Shown: in pieces, positions 49,530 through 62,106 of the stretch
Numbering within the stretch: the stretch's first letter is position 1
Layout of the letters: the number at the start of each line of letters is the position of its first letter
Assembly: GCA_951406725.2 (NCBI GenBank)
Contig: OX597821.1
Span: 51,956,001 to 52,020,000, forward strand
From: Octopus vulgaris
Taxonomy: Eukaryota
Direction of reading: 5' to 3'
DNA length: 64,000 nucleotides
The notes under the pieces: model-generated
Told to the model about the DNA's origin: nothing
The model's database searches: none
The model's input: only the letters and a program-made list of their open reading frames with translations
Translations under genes and position numbers: made by a program

Positions 49530-49948
49530 TATTTACTATTTTACTATTTTACTTGTTTCAGTCATTTTGACTGCGGCCATGCTGGAACACCGCCTTTAGT
49601 CGAGCAAATAGACCCCGGAACTTATTCTTTGTAAGCCCAGTACTTATTCTATCGGTCTCTTTTTGCCGAACCGCTAACTTACGAGGACGTAAACACACCA
49701 GCATCGGTTGTCAAGCAATGCTAGGGGGACAAACACAGACACACAAACACACACACATACATATATATACATATACATATATACGACAGGCTTCTTTCAG
49801 TTTCCGTCTACCAAATCCACTCACAAGGCATTGGTCGGCCCGGGGCTATAGCAGAAGAAACTTGCCCAAGATGCCACGCAGTGGGACTGAACCCGGAACC
49901 ATGTGGTTGGTTAGCAAGCTACTTACCACACAGCCACTCCTGCGCCTA
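49530..49948 (-). mobile_element. SINE family A, young full-length copy
   Basis: Reverse complement of 45589-46020 at high identity. Confidence 0.92.
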
Positions 49949-50620
49949 TATCCATTCTATCCATTCCAAGAAGGATCAGAAATGCAACAAAAATTTCAAT
50001 TACCTTGGTCAAATAAGATGGAAAATGGCACATGATATGAAATTAAAGAAATTTGACTAAATCTAAAAACTCTACATAAAATAGTCTCTATGGTTTTTTT
50101 TTTTTTACGATCTGTTGAAGTGGCTTTCTACAAGATATATTTCTACAAGATATATTTATGATCATGCAGTTAAAGAGAAGAAATTATTGAAATTAGTCAT
50201 TACTCGTTTTGTCCCAATTTAGACATCGTTTTTGTAAAAACTGAAAATTATCGTGTGGGGAAAAATTGACCAGGAATCAAAGAAAATAATTTTTATTGTT
50301 AAACACCAAAAATTATCCAGATATTTTTGTTAGCAACCTCAATGGATAATGACAATCGGGTCAAATTTCTTTTTTTTTATTACATTTGCGTGCATCATTC
50401 AGCACATGAGCACCAACCTGAAAAGTATTTCAATGTCAACGACCACGGACCCATGACCGACGGTGTAAAGATGACGCTAAACCTATAGGCTGCATCAATG
50501 AAGACATTTTCGGTGAAAACTTTCGTGAAATCTTTTCCCCAAATGTGAAAATGTTAACTTTACTAACGTTAGAAACATCATAGAGCATAGGAGCAAGAAT
50601 GAGTCAACAAAGGAAACAGC

Positions 50621-51665
50621 GAAGGTAAAGAATACGCACACCCGGTGTTTAGGATTAAGGTTAGGGTTTTGTTACGCCGAAAACGGTTGGTGTGCGGGAT
50701 CTTTTCACTTTGACCGGCAGATTTTTAGGTAATCTTTCGTCTGAGTAGACCTTTCCGTCGATTTCCATACAAAAATTTTTTTTTTTACATATGGGCTTGC
50801 GGGAACTTTTGAAGTAATGAGAGCGAAAGAGACTAAGAGAAAGCGATTGTATGACGAGGGAAGTTCTTTTGAAGTTACCGTCCAGGGGAAGCATTGATGT
50901 ACATGTGTGTGTGTGTGTTTGATGGGGTGTGGGAGACAGACAGTATGTTGTGTAAGTGAAGTGCTTCTGTTAGTGTGTGTGAAGAGACAGAGTAATGTGT
51001 GAAAGAAAGAGATAACTGAAATTTTTTACTCGGTGTATGTGTATATGTATGTATATTACTTCTAAAGTACCCGCAAGCCCATATGTAAAAAAAAAATTTT
51101 TTACGGAAATCGACGGAAATTTACGGAAATCGACTAGAGACGAAAGATCGCCGATTTTTAAAAGTAATTTCTTTGTAACTAAACACTTTTACACTTCGTA
51201 TACTGGTAGAATGTTTTTATAAAACATCTTTTTCTCTTGGCTTTCTTGAGAAAATTCTGTAATTTTTAAGCTATTTGTTGTTTAATTTCTTGCATTTCGG
51301 TAATTTCAACCAATCAATGACGTCTATTGAGGTGAATATACTTTCTGCCGTAGTTTGTCAACAACATTTTCTGGCGGTGTCATATCAATCTGTCACTGTT
51401 ATTTATGACATATTTCATATCAGTTACGTTCGTATGAATAAAAGATTATCGTTATTAAACTTTTATTAATAAACACATATTCTAAGTTCACAACATATGC
51501 AGTTTTAATTTCCCTCTCTGTTGCACAGATACACACATTACATATATATTCGTACATATATATTCTACCAGTATACGAAGTTTAAAAGTGTTTAGTTACA
51601 AAGAAATTATTTTTAAAATCTGCCGGTCAAAGCGAAAAGATCCGGTGTGCGTATTCTTTACCTCC
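50621..51665. mobile_element. Unclassified DNA element with nested inverted termini
   Basis: Outer gaaggtaaagaatacgcacacc / ggtgtgcgtattctttacctcc. Inner ggatcttttcactttgaccggcagatttt / aaaatctgccggtcaaagcgaaaagatcc. Internal inverted pair at about 50740-50812 and 51060-51150. Confidence 0.75.
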
Positions 51666-51867
51666 ACCAACAAAAACCAAACAGGTAGATCTACTGCGAA
51701 TTACATCTTACTGTCTTAGAAAAGCAAGGAACATAACGAAGGATCTTTTCGCTTTAAGACCACAAAGTGGAAGTGAACCACACGTCCAAATCTTCGTACA
51801 TAATCGGCAATGCTTAGATCTTCGTACTATCCTCCAAATGAAATATTTTGGCTTTCATATTTTAGTA

Positions 51868-52167
51868 TCTACTTTAATAATAATACTCTTGTGTATTTCT
51901 CCGTCACAACATATGAATGAAAAAGAAAGGGGTGATAGATGAATAAGGAAGGAAGGGGTGATGGCAAACTGATGGGATGAACATTCAACGCTGACAAGAA
52001 AAATCAAACAGCGTTTCAACTCTGTAAGTACATATACGTGTATATGTGTGTGCGTGTACAAGGGAAGTATGTGAACATTGACAAGTGTTTTAATTTGATT
52101 TACCACCCATATTTATATATAAAATACTACAATTAGCCTTCATTTTTGACGGCACAGGGTCAGCTAG
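51868..52167 (+). mobile_element. Possible short non-autonomous Helitron
   Basis: A|TCTACTTTAATAATAA start and ...GGCACAGGGTCAGCTAG|T end. The hairpin is weak. Confidence 0.4.
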
Positions 52168-52752
52168 TTAGTAATAAATCATCAAGGCTTTACATATTGA
52201 GATAGATCATAATCATTTTCATTTCACAATAAATCACTCGAGTTGTTCATAATGAATCATTCGGACTTTATCATTCATTAGACTGACAGATCAAATAATA
52301 TTCACTTTCATTTCACTGACATTCAATGTTGAATATTTTACTTTCACTTTGTGTTCGTAAAGCCAATGATTTCTAACAAAGAAGTCCGAGTTACACAATG
52401 CCAAAAGGCGGGTTATATCACCGACACTTTACGTACTGAGTTAAAATTCTGCATAAGTCATCTTTACCTTTCGTCTCTTCGGGGTCAATATAACAAAGTA
52501 CCAGTAAAGTATTGGAATTAATGGCAGCGATTAAACCCTTCTCCTGAAGATTTCTGGCCTTGTGCCTTTGTTAGAAAGAATTAAACAGCTGTGATGGTGT
52601 GCCTTGTCATATCAGAACGTCTGCTATAATATTCCATCCACAATTGTTGCATTACCCGAAAGAGATTAATATTTATGACCTTGCTTTCTTCGGTTGGTGT
52701 GCGGCTAAGGGCCTTGTTTCAGTGGCGTACAAGGGACAAGTCCCCCATTCCA

Positions 52753-53565
52753 CTTTTTCTCTTGGCTTTCTTGAGAAAATTCTGTAGTTTGTAAGCTATT
52801 TGTTGTTTAATTTCTTGCATTTCGGCAATTTCAACCAATCAATGACGTCTATTGAAGTGAATACAATATCTCCGGATCTTTGTCAACAACAATTATTTGC
52901 AGTGTCATATGAATTTGTCACTGTTATTTATGACATATTTCATATCAGTTACGTTCGTATGAATAAAAGATTATCGTTATAAAACTTTTATTAATAAACA
53001 CATATTCTAAGTTCACAACATATGCAGTTTTAATTTCCCTCTGTTGCACAGATACACACATTACATATTATATATTCGTTTAAGAAACAGATTGGGTTTA
53101 TTTACATTTCTGAAGAAAAAAAGATACCCTCCCCTCCCCAACCCTAACTCTAACCCTAAAACAGATTGAAATGCAATAGATCGTTACTAGTGTCATAATT
53201 ATGGGTGGACACTAAAGAGGGAACAGTTTTGTTATCCAGCTCTGTTTACGAGTAACCCCTCAGTTTATGGCTACAGGGTATCTTTTTTCTCATAACTAAC
53301 AGTGACAAATTCATGACACTACAAATAATTGTTGTTGACAAAATTCCGGAGATATTGTATTCACCTCAATGGACGTCATTGATTGGTTGAAATTGCCAAA
53401 ATGCAAGAAATTAAACAACAAATAGCTTACAAACTACAGAATTTTCTCAAGAAAGCCAAGAGAAAAAGATGTTTTATAAACACATTCTACCAGTATACGA
53501 AGTTTAAAAGTGTTTAGTTAACTAGAAATTATTTTTAAAATCTGCCGGTCAAAACGAAAAGATCC
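52753..53565. mobile_element. Fold-back composite of the 50621-51665 family
   Basis: 52753-53080 duplicates about 51228-51552. About 53295-53468 is the reverse complement of about 52753-52930. Ends ...aaagatcc. Confidence 0.8.
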
Positions 53566-54420
53566 AAAGTACCACTGTCAATATAGATGGCATATTGCAT
53601 AGTATCGAACTGGTGCAGGGGGAGCTAAAAAAAAAAAGTCTACGCAGTGAAGAAAAATTTCAGGAGATGTTCAATACAGCAGAAGAAATGATTTATCAAC
53701 TCGATATTTCTCCTTTGGAGCTATCCAGGCAACGAAAAGTTCCTAAAAGATACCAGGAAGGAAATGCGTTAAAATATCAACACTGCACAGTTTTGCATCA
53801 TTACAGAATGCAGTATTTGCAGGTAGTGGAGGATACTGCAATAGCAAATTTGAAAGGTTTTTTTTTTTTTTTTAACAGGATTTAGCAGACGATGAAAAAC
53901 TGAGCAATATTTTACTCAATGGAAATTTTTGTGCTGAAGTGATCATGCAGTATCCAGAGCTTGATGGATTTACTTTAAGGAACGAAATACTTTTTTATGG
54001 AAACCATCATAGTGGATCATCTCTCAAGGATCATCGTAAAATATTGTATGAAATGCAACCAGAAATCTGTCGCATGTATCGATACACCAAAAATGAAAGC
54101 AATCTGAGCAAAATTAAGTGGGGTTGATTTTGCGAATGAGAAAGACTAGATCCCATGTTTGCAAATGTCGGGCTATTGCTCAAGCTACTTTTAGTGTTTC
54201 AAACCAGTTCTTGTGAAGCTGAAAGATCTTTTAGCACTGCGTAGACTCAAAAGTTGGCTGCGATCGACCGTGACTCAGCAAAGGTTGAATCATATTCTAT
54301 GTCACGCTCATAAAGATGTTATGAAAAAGATTTGGTGTGAAGTTGCTAAATTATTTATTGACAGCAATGATGCGAGATATAATACATTTAGAAAGTTCTA
54401 AAAGACAATAAATTTACTTG
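53566..54420 (+). mobile_element. hAT transposase remnant (C-terminal dimerisation domain, ZMYM1-like)
   Basis: RQRKVPKRY..., then LLKLLLVFQTSSCEAERSFS / ALRRLKSWLRSTVTQQRLNH..CHAHKD across a frameshift. Confidence 0.85.
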
Positions 54421-56294
54421 CTATTTTTTAATTCAAACATGTTTTATTTTTATTTTATTTGATATAATAAATTCTTTTTAAGCTTATTTCTTTTTACACC
54501 TGGACTTCATTTGAATATATAAAATTTAATTGGCCTAAAATTTTACGTATGTGATAGGGTCCAGGAAAGACACCTTAAGAATCAACAAATGTTGGTTTGC
54601 CCGGCGTGTGTTTTCAAGACAACTGAGGTCCCTGTGTGCGGTTCACACCTAGCACACACATTCAGAATATATACCTAAACGTGACAAAGCTGAATTTATC
54701 CAACAATATCCACACAAACTGGAATCAATTAATAATGGACGTTGTTGAAATTGGAAAAAAAAATGAAGAATAGAGTCGATTAATATTGCAACAGCAACAA
54801 ATTACATTTTCTAATCTTTCTAATAATGCTGAAAGGGGTTTTTAGTAAAACGAGCGGACATTTGTAGCATATTCCACTACGTTATCCCACCGCTTCCCAT
54901 CCATTGCGGTAGTGGAATGGTTATAATAGTCACGAGGCCGATAGCGATGCAATTTATAGGTTTCGCTGACATCTTTATAATTAGTGTTCAAATTACGTTT
55001 CTCTAATTAAACCTGAAGTTACTTTTTATTTGAATTTTTCCTTTTATATAATTTGCGTATATTTTTGAAGGTGGCGGGCAGCTAGAGAAAGTGGCTGTAA
55101 CTATAGAAACATAACTAGTCTCGTGTGATATAATAACTGGATTTTGGGTAGAAATATTCTATTTCAGTGTCGATATTTACTGTGTCTGGTTGTGTGGTTT
55201 ATTTGAGCGGGAATGTCAATAGACATAATGGACAGCAGTAGTTAGTGTGGTGGTGATGAGTGACACATAGACAGTAGGTGAGAGCGAGGTGGGTGCATGT
55301 TGAGAGAGAAAAAGAGAGAGTAATATATGTATGTATGTATATATATATCTATGAAAAAGTGCAAGAGTAACAGACAGAGGCGAGAGAGAGAGAGAGAGAG
55401 AAAATGTGTGAGACAAGCGTTAGAGAAAAGGCGAGGAAGGTGTGTGTGTACATATACACATAGAGAAAGAGAGAGATAGACATGGAGCGATAGGGAAGAA
55501 AGACTGGAAGTGATAGATACAAAAGAAAAATAGAGCGAACGGGAGAAAGAATTGAGATGAAAGAGAGAGAGGCAACAAAGAGAGGAAAGGCGGGATAAGA
55601 CACAGCGTAGGCGGGAAATGAAAGGTAACTTTAAAAAGTTGAATTGGCGTGCGCGGTGACTTGGTTGAGGATACATAGAAAACGAATAAAAACCAAAACA
55701 TAGTTAATCCTTATTTTACCTACTATATAAATAATATATGAATTATTAGCCAATTAAAATTACCTTGGTTACAGAGATACAAACACAAATCTAATTAAAT
55801 AACTGGCACTGTTGTCAGAAGGGTTATGATATACAAATACAAAACCTTGCTTGGTCTAGACGGAATTTGGATCACTCACACACACACACACACACACACT
55901 TTTCAATGAAATATCGTTTATCAGAGATGGTATTCAAACTTTGTGTATCATGACTATTTATAAACATATTCGTAACCTTTTTTTTATTTTAATAACCAGC
56001 AAGGGACCACGTCGGCCAGATCAGCTTAATGTTGATTAATTGTCTATAAAATACTAAGTTTATTAGATACTAGCAGAGGCACCCGGCGTTGCCAGGGAAT
56101 GAAATTGTTCTTTATATATTAGAAAGAGCAAAATATGATGTAGAGAAATTTGTTATTCTAAATTTAATTTATTCTCCAATTGGAAAATCACTTCTGAATT
56201 TATAATGCAACAACAATAATAATAATAAATGAAAATACAAAGTTTACCAATTCTATAAAGGGAGATAAATTCTATCACATATACTTTTTTACTC

Positions 56295-56490
56295 AATTAC
56301 TTGTTTCAGTCATTCGACTGTGGCCATGCTGGTGCACCACCTTTAGTCGAGCAAATCGACCCCAGGACTTATTCTTTGTAAGCCTAGTACTTATTCTATT
56401 GCTCTCTTTTGCTGAACTGCTAAGTTACGAGGACGTAAACACACCAGCATCGGTTGTCAAGCGATGTTTTGGAGGGGACAAACACAAACA
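56295..56490 (-). mobile_element. SINE A 3' half
   Basis: Matches 49545-49740. Confidence 0.85.
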
Positions 56491-58350
56491 TCTCTCCTCA
56501 TCCATCCGCTGTACATGACCATACCATCGCTAGCGTCGCTCTTACACACCACATCTGATGCTTCTTATGTCCAGCATTTCTCTCAGGGTGCTTACCCTCT
56601 GTTGTGCGCGCACACTGACATTACACATCCAGCGGATCATGCTAGCTTTATTCCTTTCAAGTCTACGCATGTCCTCTGCAGTCAAAGCCCATGTTTCACT
56701 ACCGTGAAGCATGGCAGTTCGCACACATGCGTCATACAATCTACCTTTCACTTTGAGCGAGAGACCCTTTGTCGCCAGTAGGGGTAGGAGCTTTCTGAAC
56801 TTTGCCCAGGCTATTCGTATTCTAGTGGTGACACTCTCTGAGCATCCACCTCCACTACTAACTTGGTCACCCAGGTAGCGGAAACTATCAACTACTTCTA
56901 GTTTCTCCCCCCTGGAGTGTGATGGAAATTGTTTTCTGAGTATCTGTGGTGTCTATTGTCCCTGTGCATCTGCCGCACATGAAAGCTATCTTATCAGTTA
57001 ATTTCCCTTTGATGTTGCTGCTCCTTTTATGCGTACATAGCTTACACTGGGTGCATCTTATGGAGTTTCTACCTACACCTTTCCTAAAGATCGAGCAGGG
57101 CCACCTGCCCGAGGGGATGTGTGCTAAGTTCGCCTTTCTGCTTACTATAGCTTTGGTCTTTGATACATTTACTCTAAGGCCCTTTGATTCTAACCCTTGC
57201 TTCCACACCCAAAATTTCTTTTCTAGTTCCAGTAGTGATTCTGCTATGAGAGCCAGGTCATCAGCATAGAGGAGCTCCCAGGGGCAACCTGTTTTGAATT
57301 CCTCTGTTATTGCCTGGAGGACTATGATGAATAAAAGGGGACTGAGGGCTGAGCCTTGGTGTACACCTACTTCTACCCGGAATTCTTCATTATATTTGTT
57401 GCCAATCCTAACCTTGCTGACAGCCTCTCTGTATAGAGCCTGTACAGCCTTTATTAGCCATTCGTCAATCTCCAGTTTCCGCATCGACCACCAGATAAGG
57501 GATCGGGGGACCCTGTCAAAGGCTTTCTCCAAGTCCACAAAAGCTATGTAGAGGGGTTCATCTTTAGCTAGGTACTTCTCCTGCAGTTGTCGGACCAGGA
57601 ATATACCATCAGTGGTGCTTCTACCCGGCACAAAACCGAACTGCATCTCATCTAAGCAAATTCTCTCCCTAATGAGATGGGTTATGACCCTCTCTGTGAC
57701 CTACATCACCTGATCCAACAGTTTAATACCCCTGTAGTTATTTCTATCTAGAGCATCACCCTTACCCTTGTAGCAGTTGACTATGGTGCCGCTACGCCAG
57801 TCATTGGGTATGACTCCATTATGAACTACCTGGTTTACAATGTGGGTGACTAGGCCATAGCCCACATAACCAGCTGTTTTAAGCATCTCAGCAGTGATTC
57901 CTGATGGGCCGGGGGCTTTACCTGGTTTCATACCCTTAATTGCCTTAACTACAAGGGAGCTGTCTATTCGGATAGCTGGTCCCTCTACTGGGTCAACATT
58001 TGGCAGGCTCTCCTCCTCCCATTCATTCTCCACATTCAGCAGTCTTTCATAATGGCTTCTCCAAGCCTCTTTCTTTTCATCAGCATTAAAAGCAAGTGCC
58101 CCATCATCCATGCGGACACATTTCTCTCCTGTAACATCACTATTTTCTCTCACACAATCCGAAATACCTCAGTTCTTTGGTCCTCACATCGCTGGACATT
58201 GGCAAACTTCTTCTTTTCTGCTACATCTTTGGCTATGTATACCTGCTGCCCAGCCTCCCTTTTGGCTACCTGGTACAGTTCCCTGCTACCCCCATCCCTC
58301 CAGGCTTTCCAGGCCTGTTTCTTTGCACTAATGGCTTTGTCTACTGCACT
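56490..58350 (-). mobile_element. RTE-clade LINE internal fragment with a well-preserved reverse transcriptase
   Basis: ORFs 57701..58153 (KAPGPSG, NYRGIKLL), 56888..57646 (QFGF, DLEKAFD, GVHQGSALSP, YADD, Cys-rich region) and 56542..56751. One nonsense codon at 57701 and frameshifts. Confidence 0.95.
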
Positions 58351-58880
58351 ATATGTTGAAGGAAATTGCATATCTGTTTTTTTTTAATACCAAAGTGATA
58401 TTCATCTTGGCCAAATACACAGATTAATGGATTGGAGTGCATCATATGATTGGTGGGTTGCATTTATCCATTGAAACTTATTTCCTCTTCCTTGAATAAT
58501 AATATCTCTCTTCCCATACTCAGCGCCTGTAATAATTGCTGCTACTTCATTTGCATCAGGGGCATTGTAGCAGCTTCTGTGCTCAGCCATAGGCGTTTTG
58601 TCTGCACCAGTAACTATCTTGTATTCAGTGGGTGGTGCAGATTGCAGTGCATACTTCAAGCTTCTATTGTTTGCATGCAACATACCCTGCAGATCAAAGA
58701 TTAACTCTTCTTTCAAATTTGGAAGGTTAAATGATTATTGCAAAGCCTGCTCCTTGTAATTTACCATAAAATATAGCTGTAAAAACTGAAGATTTTGCCT
58801 TCAGTTGACCTTGATATTTGATACTTGATATTTAAAAGTTGGCTTCATGTTCTCTTCTCTTATAATATTGCTACCAAAGG

Positions 58881-59108
58881 AAGGTGGTAAGCTGGCAGAA
58901 ATGTTAGCACACCAGGCGAAATGCTTAGCAGTATTTTGTCTGTCTTTACATTCTGAGTTCAAATTCCACCAAGTTCGACTTTGCCTTTCATCCTTTTGGG
59001 GTCGATAAATTAAGTACCCGATATATTAAGTACCAGTTGCATACTGGGTTGATCTAATCGACTGGCCCCTCCCGCCAAATTTCGGGTCTTGTGCCTTGAG
59101 TAGAAAAG
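58881..59108 (+). mobile_element. SINE family B inserted in the Helitron ORF
   Basis: 17-bp TSD AATATTGCTACCAAAGG at 58864-58880 and 59109-59125. Confidence 0.92.
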
Positions 59109-59745
59109 AATATTGCTACCAAAGGGGGTCATTTGGAAAGCAGAATTAGAATTCCTAATGTTTTTCAAGAAGTGCATGCTCCTTAGTGTGTTTCCCAAAA
59201 GCAATGCTTTCAAAGTATCTGGGGTGTGCCAAACTTCAGTAAAACAACCGTTCCTCCACAACAATAGTGGTGGTTTCTCTTCCCCATTTCTTTCCTTTAC
59301 AAAAACTGTACTCTTTTGACGTTGCTCCAATATCAATCGATTTCTTTGTAGAATGATTCTGTTTTGGATCATGGTTGAAAGCTGATCTTTTCCAAGTCCC
59401 CTTAAAAAGTACAACTCTTTTGTCAAACGTATTCAGCTCGTCTTGTTGAAGACACTTGCATCTTTCCTCTGAGGGTTAGGGAAGTCTTGCAGCAGCTGTT
59501 TGCTTCTGATTTTTCCATTGTCTCATTTCTCGCTGATCTATTGTCTCATTAGCAACTCTGGCAGATTGTCTTTGTCTTGCATCCTTTATACGTTTTTCTC
59601 TTTACTTTTTTGACTCTTGGCTCCTGCAGATTGCATTTTGTTGATGTAATTGTTCTAACCATTTTTTCCTTGCTTCTTGTGACTCATTGGCCCCGCGTGC
59701 AGCAGCTCTCATTTTCATGTCTTTGCAGTTGTTGTACAGGGATCT

Positions 59746-60281
59746 AACAGGGAAGACTTTCTAACTAGAATGGGTATGGCCTGGTCAGCCTGTAACGACA
59801 TGCATAAGATCTGGTCATCAAATCTAAGTAGAGACTTCAAACTTGAAATATTCAAAGCCACAGTCGAACCAATCCTACTATATGGCTCAGAAACCTGGAC
59901 GTTATCAAAGAAGCTTGAGAGGCGGTTGGATGGAACCTACACTCGCCTCCTTATGAGAGCTCAAAATCTCTCGTGGAGGCGCCATCCAACTAAAATGCAA
60001 ATATATGGGAAATTACCACCTGTGTCATCTCTTGTGAAAGGTAAGAGAGTCCAGTTTGCTGGACATTGTTGTAGAGCTGAAAAAGAAGTAATTTCTACTC
60101 TTCTCCTCTGGAAGCCATCTACTTGCAACACCAGAGGGCGCACACTCTCCTACCCTGATGTAATCTCCAGGGATACAGGCATCCAGCAACAGGACCTCCG
60201 TAATGCTATGATGGACCGTGAAGTCTGGCGCAACATAGTAAATTCCATTGTCTCGACCACGGTCGAACAATGATGATGATG
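59746..60281 (+). mobile_element. 5'-truncated RTE-group LINE 3' end with an intact frame and (TGA)n tail
   Basis: ORF 59770..60273 has ILLYGSETWTL..RLDGTYTRLL..FAGHC. TSD ACAGGGATCT at 59736-59745 and 60282-60291. Confidence 0.9.
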
Positions 60282-61814
60282 ACAGGGATCTCTAGTGACC
60301 TTACTCTAGCTACCTGTACTCATCTTTGTTTCACTGTACCCCCATCTACTTTTGTAGAGATGGAGAACATTTTTCTGGGAAACTTTTTTGAAAATTAAAA
60401 TGGGGATTAAAGGGGAAAAAATGAGTGAAAGTTACATGAATATCTATACAAGATGATTGAAATAAATAGCAATTGTGGAATGTTGCATGTACGAACACAT
60501 ACACACACATACACACAGTATCAAGCATCAGCATCTCTTTCTCTCCTGCTTTCCCCTTCTCTTTGTGCTAGCTTTGTTTCACCTTCACCTATAGGACATA
60601 CATATAGTATCAATCCTCTGTGTCTCTTTCTCTCTCCCACTATCCCTCTCTCTTTCAACTTCTCCTATAGAAACTTGTTTTCTCACTCTGCTTCTTTCTC
60701 TCATCTCTCTCGCATTTAGTCATTTTGTGTTTCTCTTGCTCACACTTATTCTCTCTCAACCTCTGTAATAGTCCCTCTCTTTTAGTCTTTGTCTACTTCT
60801 TTCAATCTCTCTCTTTCTCTTTCTATCTCACTCATACACACTATTTACATTTCTCCCTTTATTGTGAAACATGATAAATGAGACATGGAAGAGTAGAAGT
60901 AAAGAGCTACTTCCTCACTTTGCTTCTCTGTTTCTTTCTCTCTCCTCTCACTCACTCATTGGCATTATGCACAGACATACAAATACAAAGACATTTGCTA
61001 ATATATAGATATAGATGTGATATGGTGGTGGTGGTGGTGGTGGTGGTATAAAATGTCATCTACGATAGTTGACTTATAGAAAGATTATAATGTTAAATTT
61101 TTGTAATGCAGATATTTAAATGAAAATAAAGTTTATTTGGTAGCTGAAAGATTACTGAATCTTTTGATACCCCATATGTCAAAATAGGCAATTAAATTTT
61201 CGAATGTATAAGGAACATACACACACACATGCACACACACACACATGCACACACACACACATGCACACACACACACACTGTTTTATATATATAGATGAAT
61301 TATGTTCTCAAAATTAAAAAAAGAAAATTAAATGAAATAAAAACTGTCATTATGAAATAGAAAAATTACTCAAATAGTTAATTCTAAAAACTAACATAGA
61401 TCTAATTAGGGAAAACAATTAGTTAGGAACTAAGGAGTATCGACGATAGCTATACTATCAGTTAAGATATTCTGTAGTATTTAGTTATGTTCGTTCACAT
61501 TTTGATTTTCAATCCCATCAGCTTCAATTTATTCTTGCGTTCTTCCAAGAGTCAATAAAATAAAGAACCCATGAAATATTTTTGACATAAATGAAATGGG
61601 AATATTCCATGAGAACAGGAATATTCCATGAGAACAGCTTGAGTTAGTGAAACTTATTAGCCAAGTATCCAGTTTCGGTGTGAACATGAATACATATATG
61701 CTTGCATACATTCATATGTGCATACATCAAACATCACCATCAGTGTATCATATCATACCAAATGTAAACACACTTAGAAGGCATGAAGCAGTAAAATTGT
61801 ACTTAATAGATGTG

Positions 61815-62106
61815 AGATCTTTTCCCTTTGAATGGCAGATCGAGAAATTAATTTTTTGTAACTAAACACTTTCAAACTTCGGACACTGGTAGTAATTTTA
61901 TTCAGCTGAATACACGTCGTTGATTGGTTGAAATTTCCGAAATATGACAACTTTAACATGAAATAACTTTGAACATATAAACTTTTCTCAACAACGCTAA
62001 GAGTAAAAGATGTTTTATATGACACATTCTAACAGTGTCTGAAGTTTGAAAGTGTTTAGTTACAAAAAATTAATTTCTCGATCTGCCGTTCAATGAGTAA
62101 AGATCC
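61815..62106. mobile_element. MITE with TIRs of about 75 bp, related to the 50621-53565 family
   Basis: gatctttt..ttgaatggcagatcgagaaattaattttttgtaactaaacactttcaaacttc.gacactg is mirrored at about 62032-62106. Confidence 0.85.

Larger units (their letters stand above)
56070..61295 (-). mobile_element. Decayed Helitron with nested insertions
   Basis: 3' end ccctggcaacgccggg...ctgCTAG|T at 56070. Helitron N-terminal remnants in ORFs 58402..58716 (ADKTP..EH...YNAP.ANEVA.II...RDII...THQSYDALQ) and 59010..59426 (HFLKNIR.NSAFQMT.FG). Candidate A|TCTATA 5' ends at about 61015 and at 61295. Confidence 0.75.

Noticed and set aside
53140-53160. TTAGGG-like repeats suggesting an interstitial telomere
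   Set aside because: Only two or three degenerate units, internal to a transposon family.
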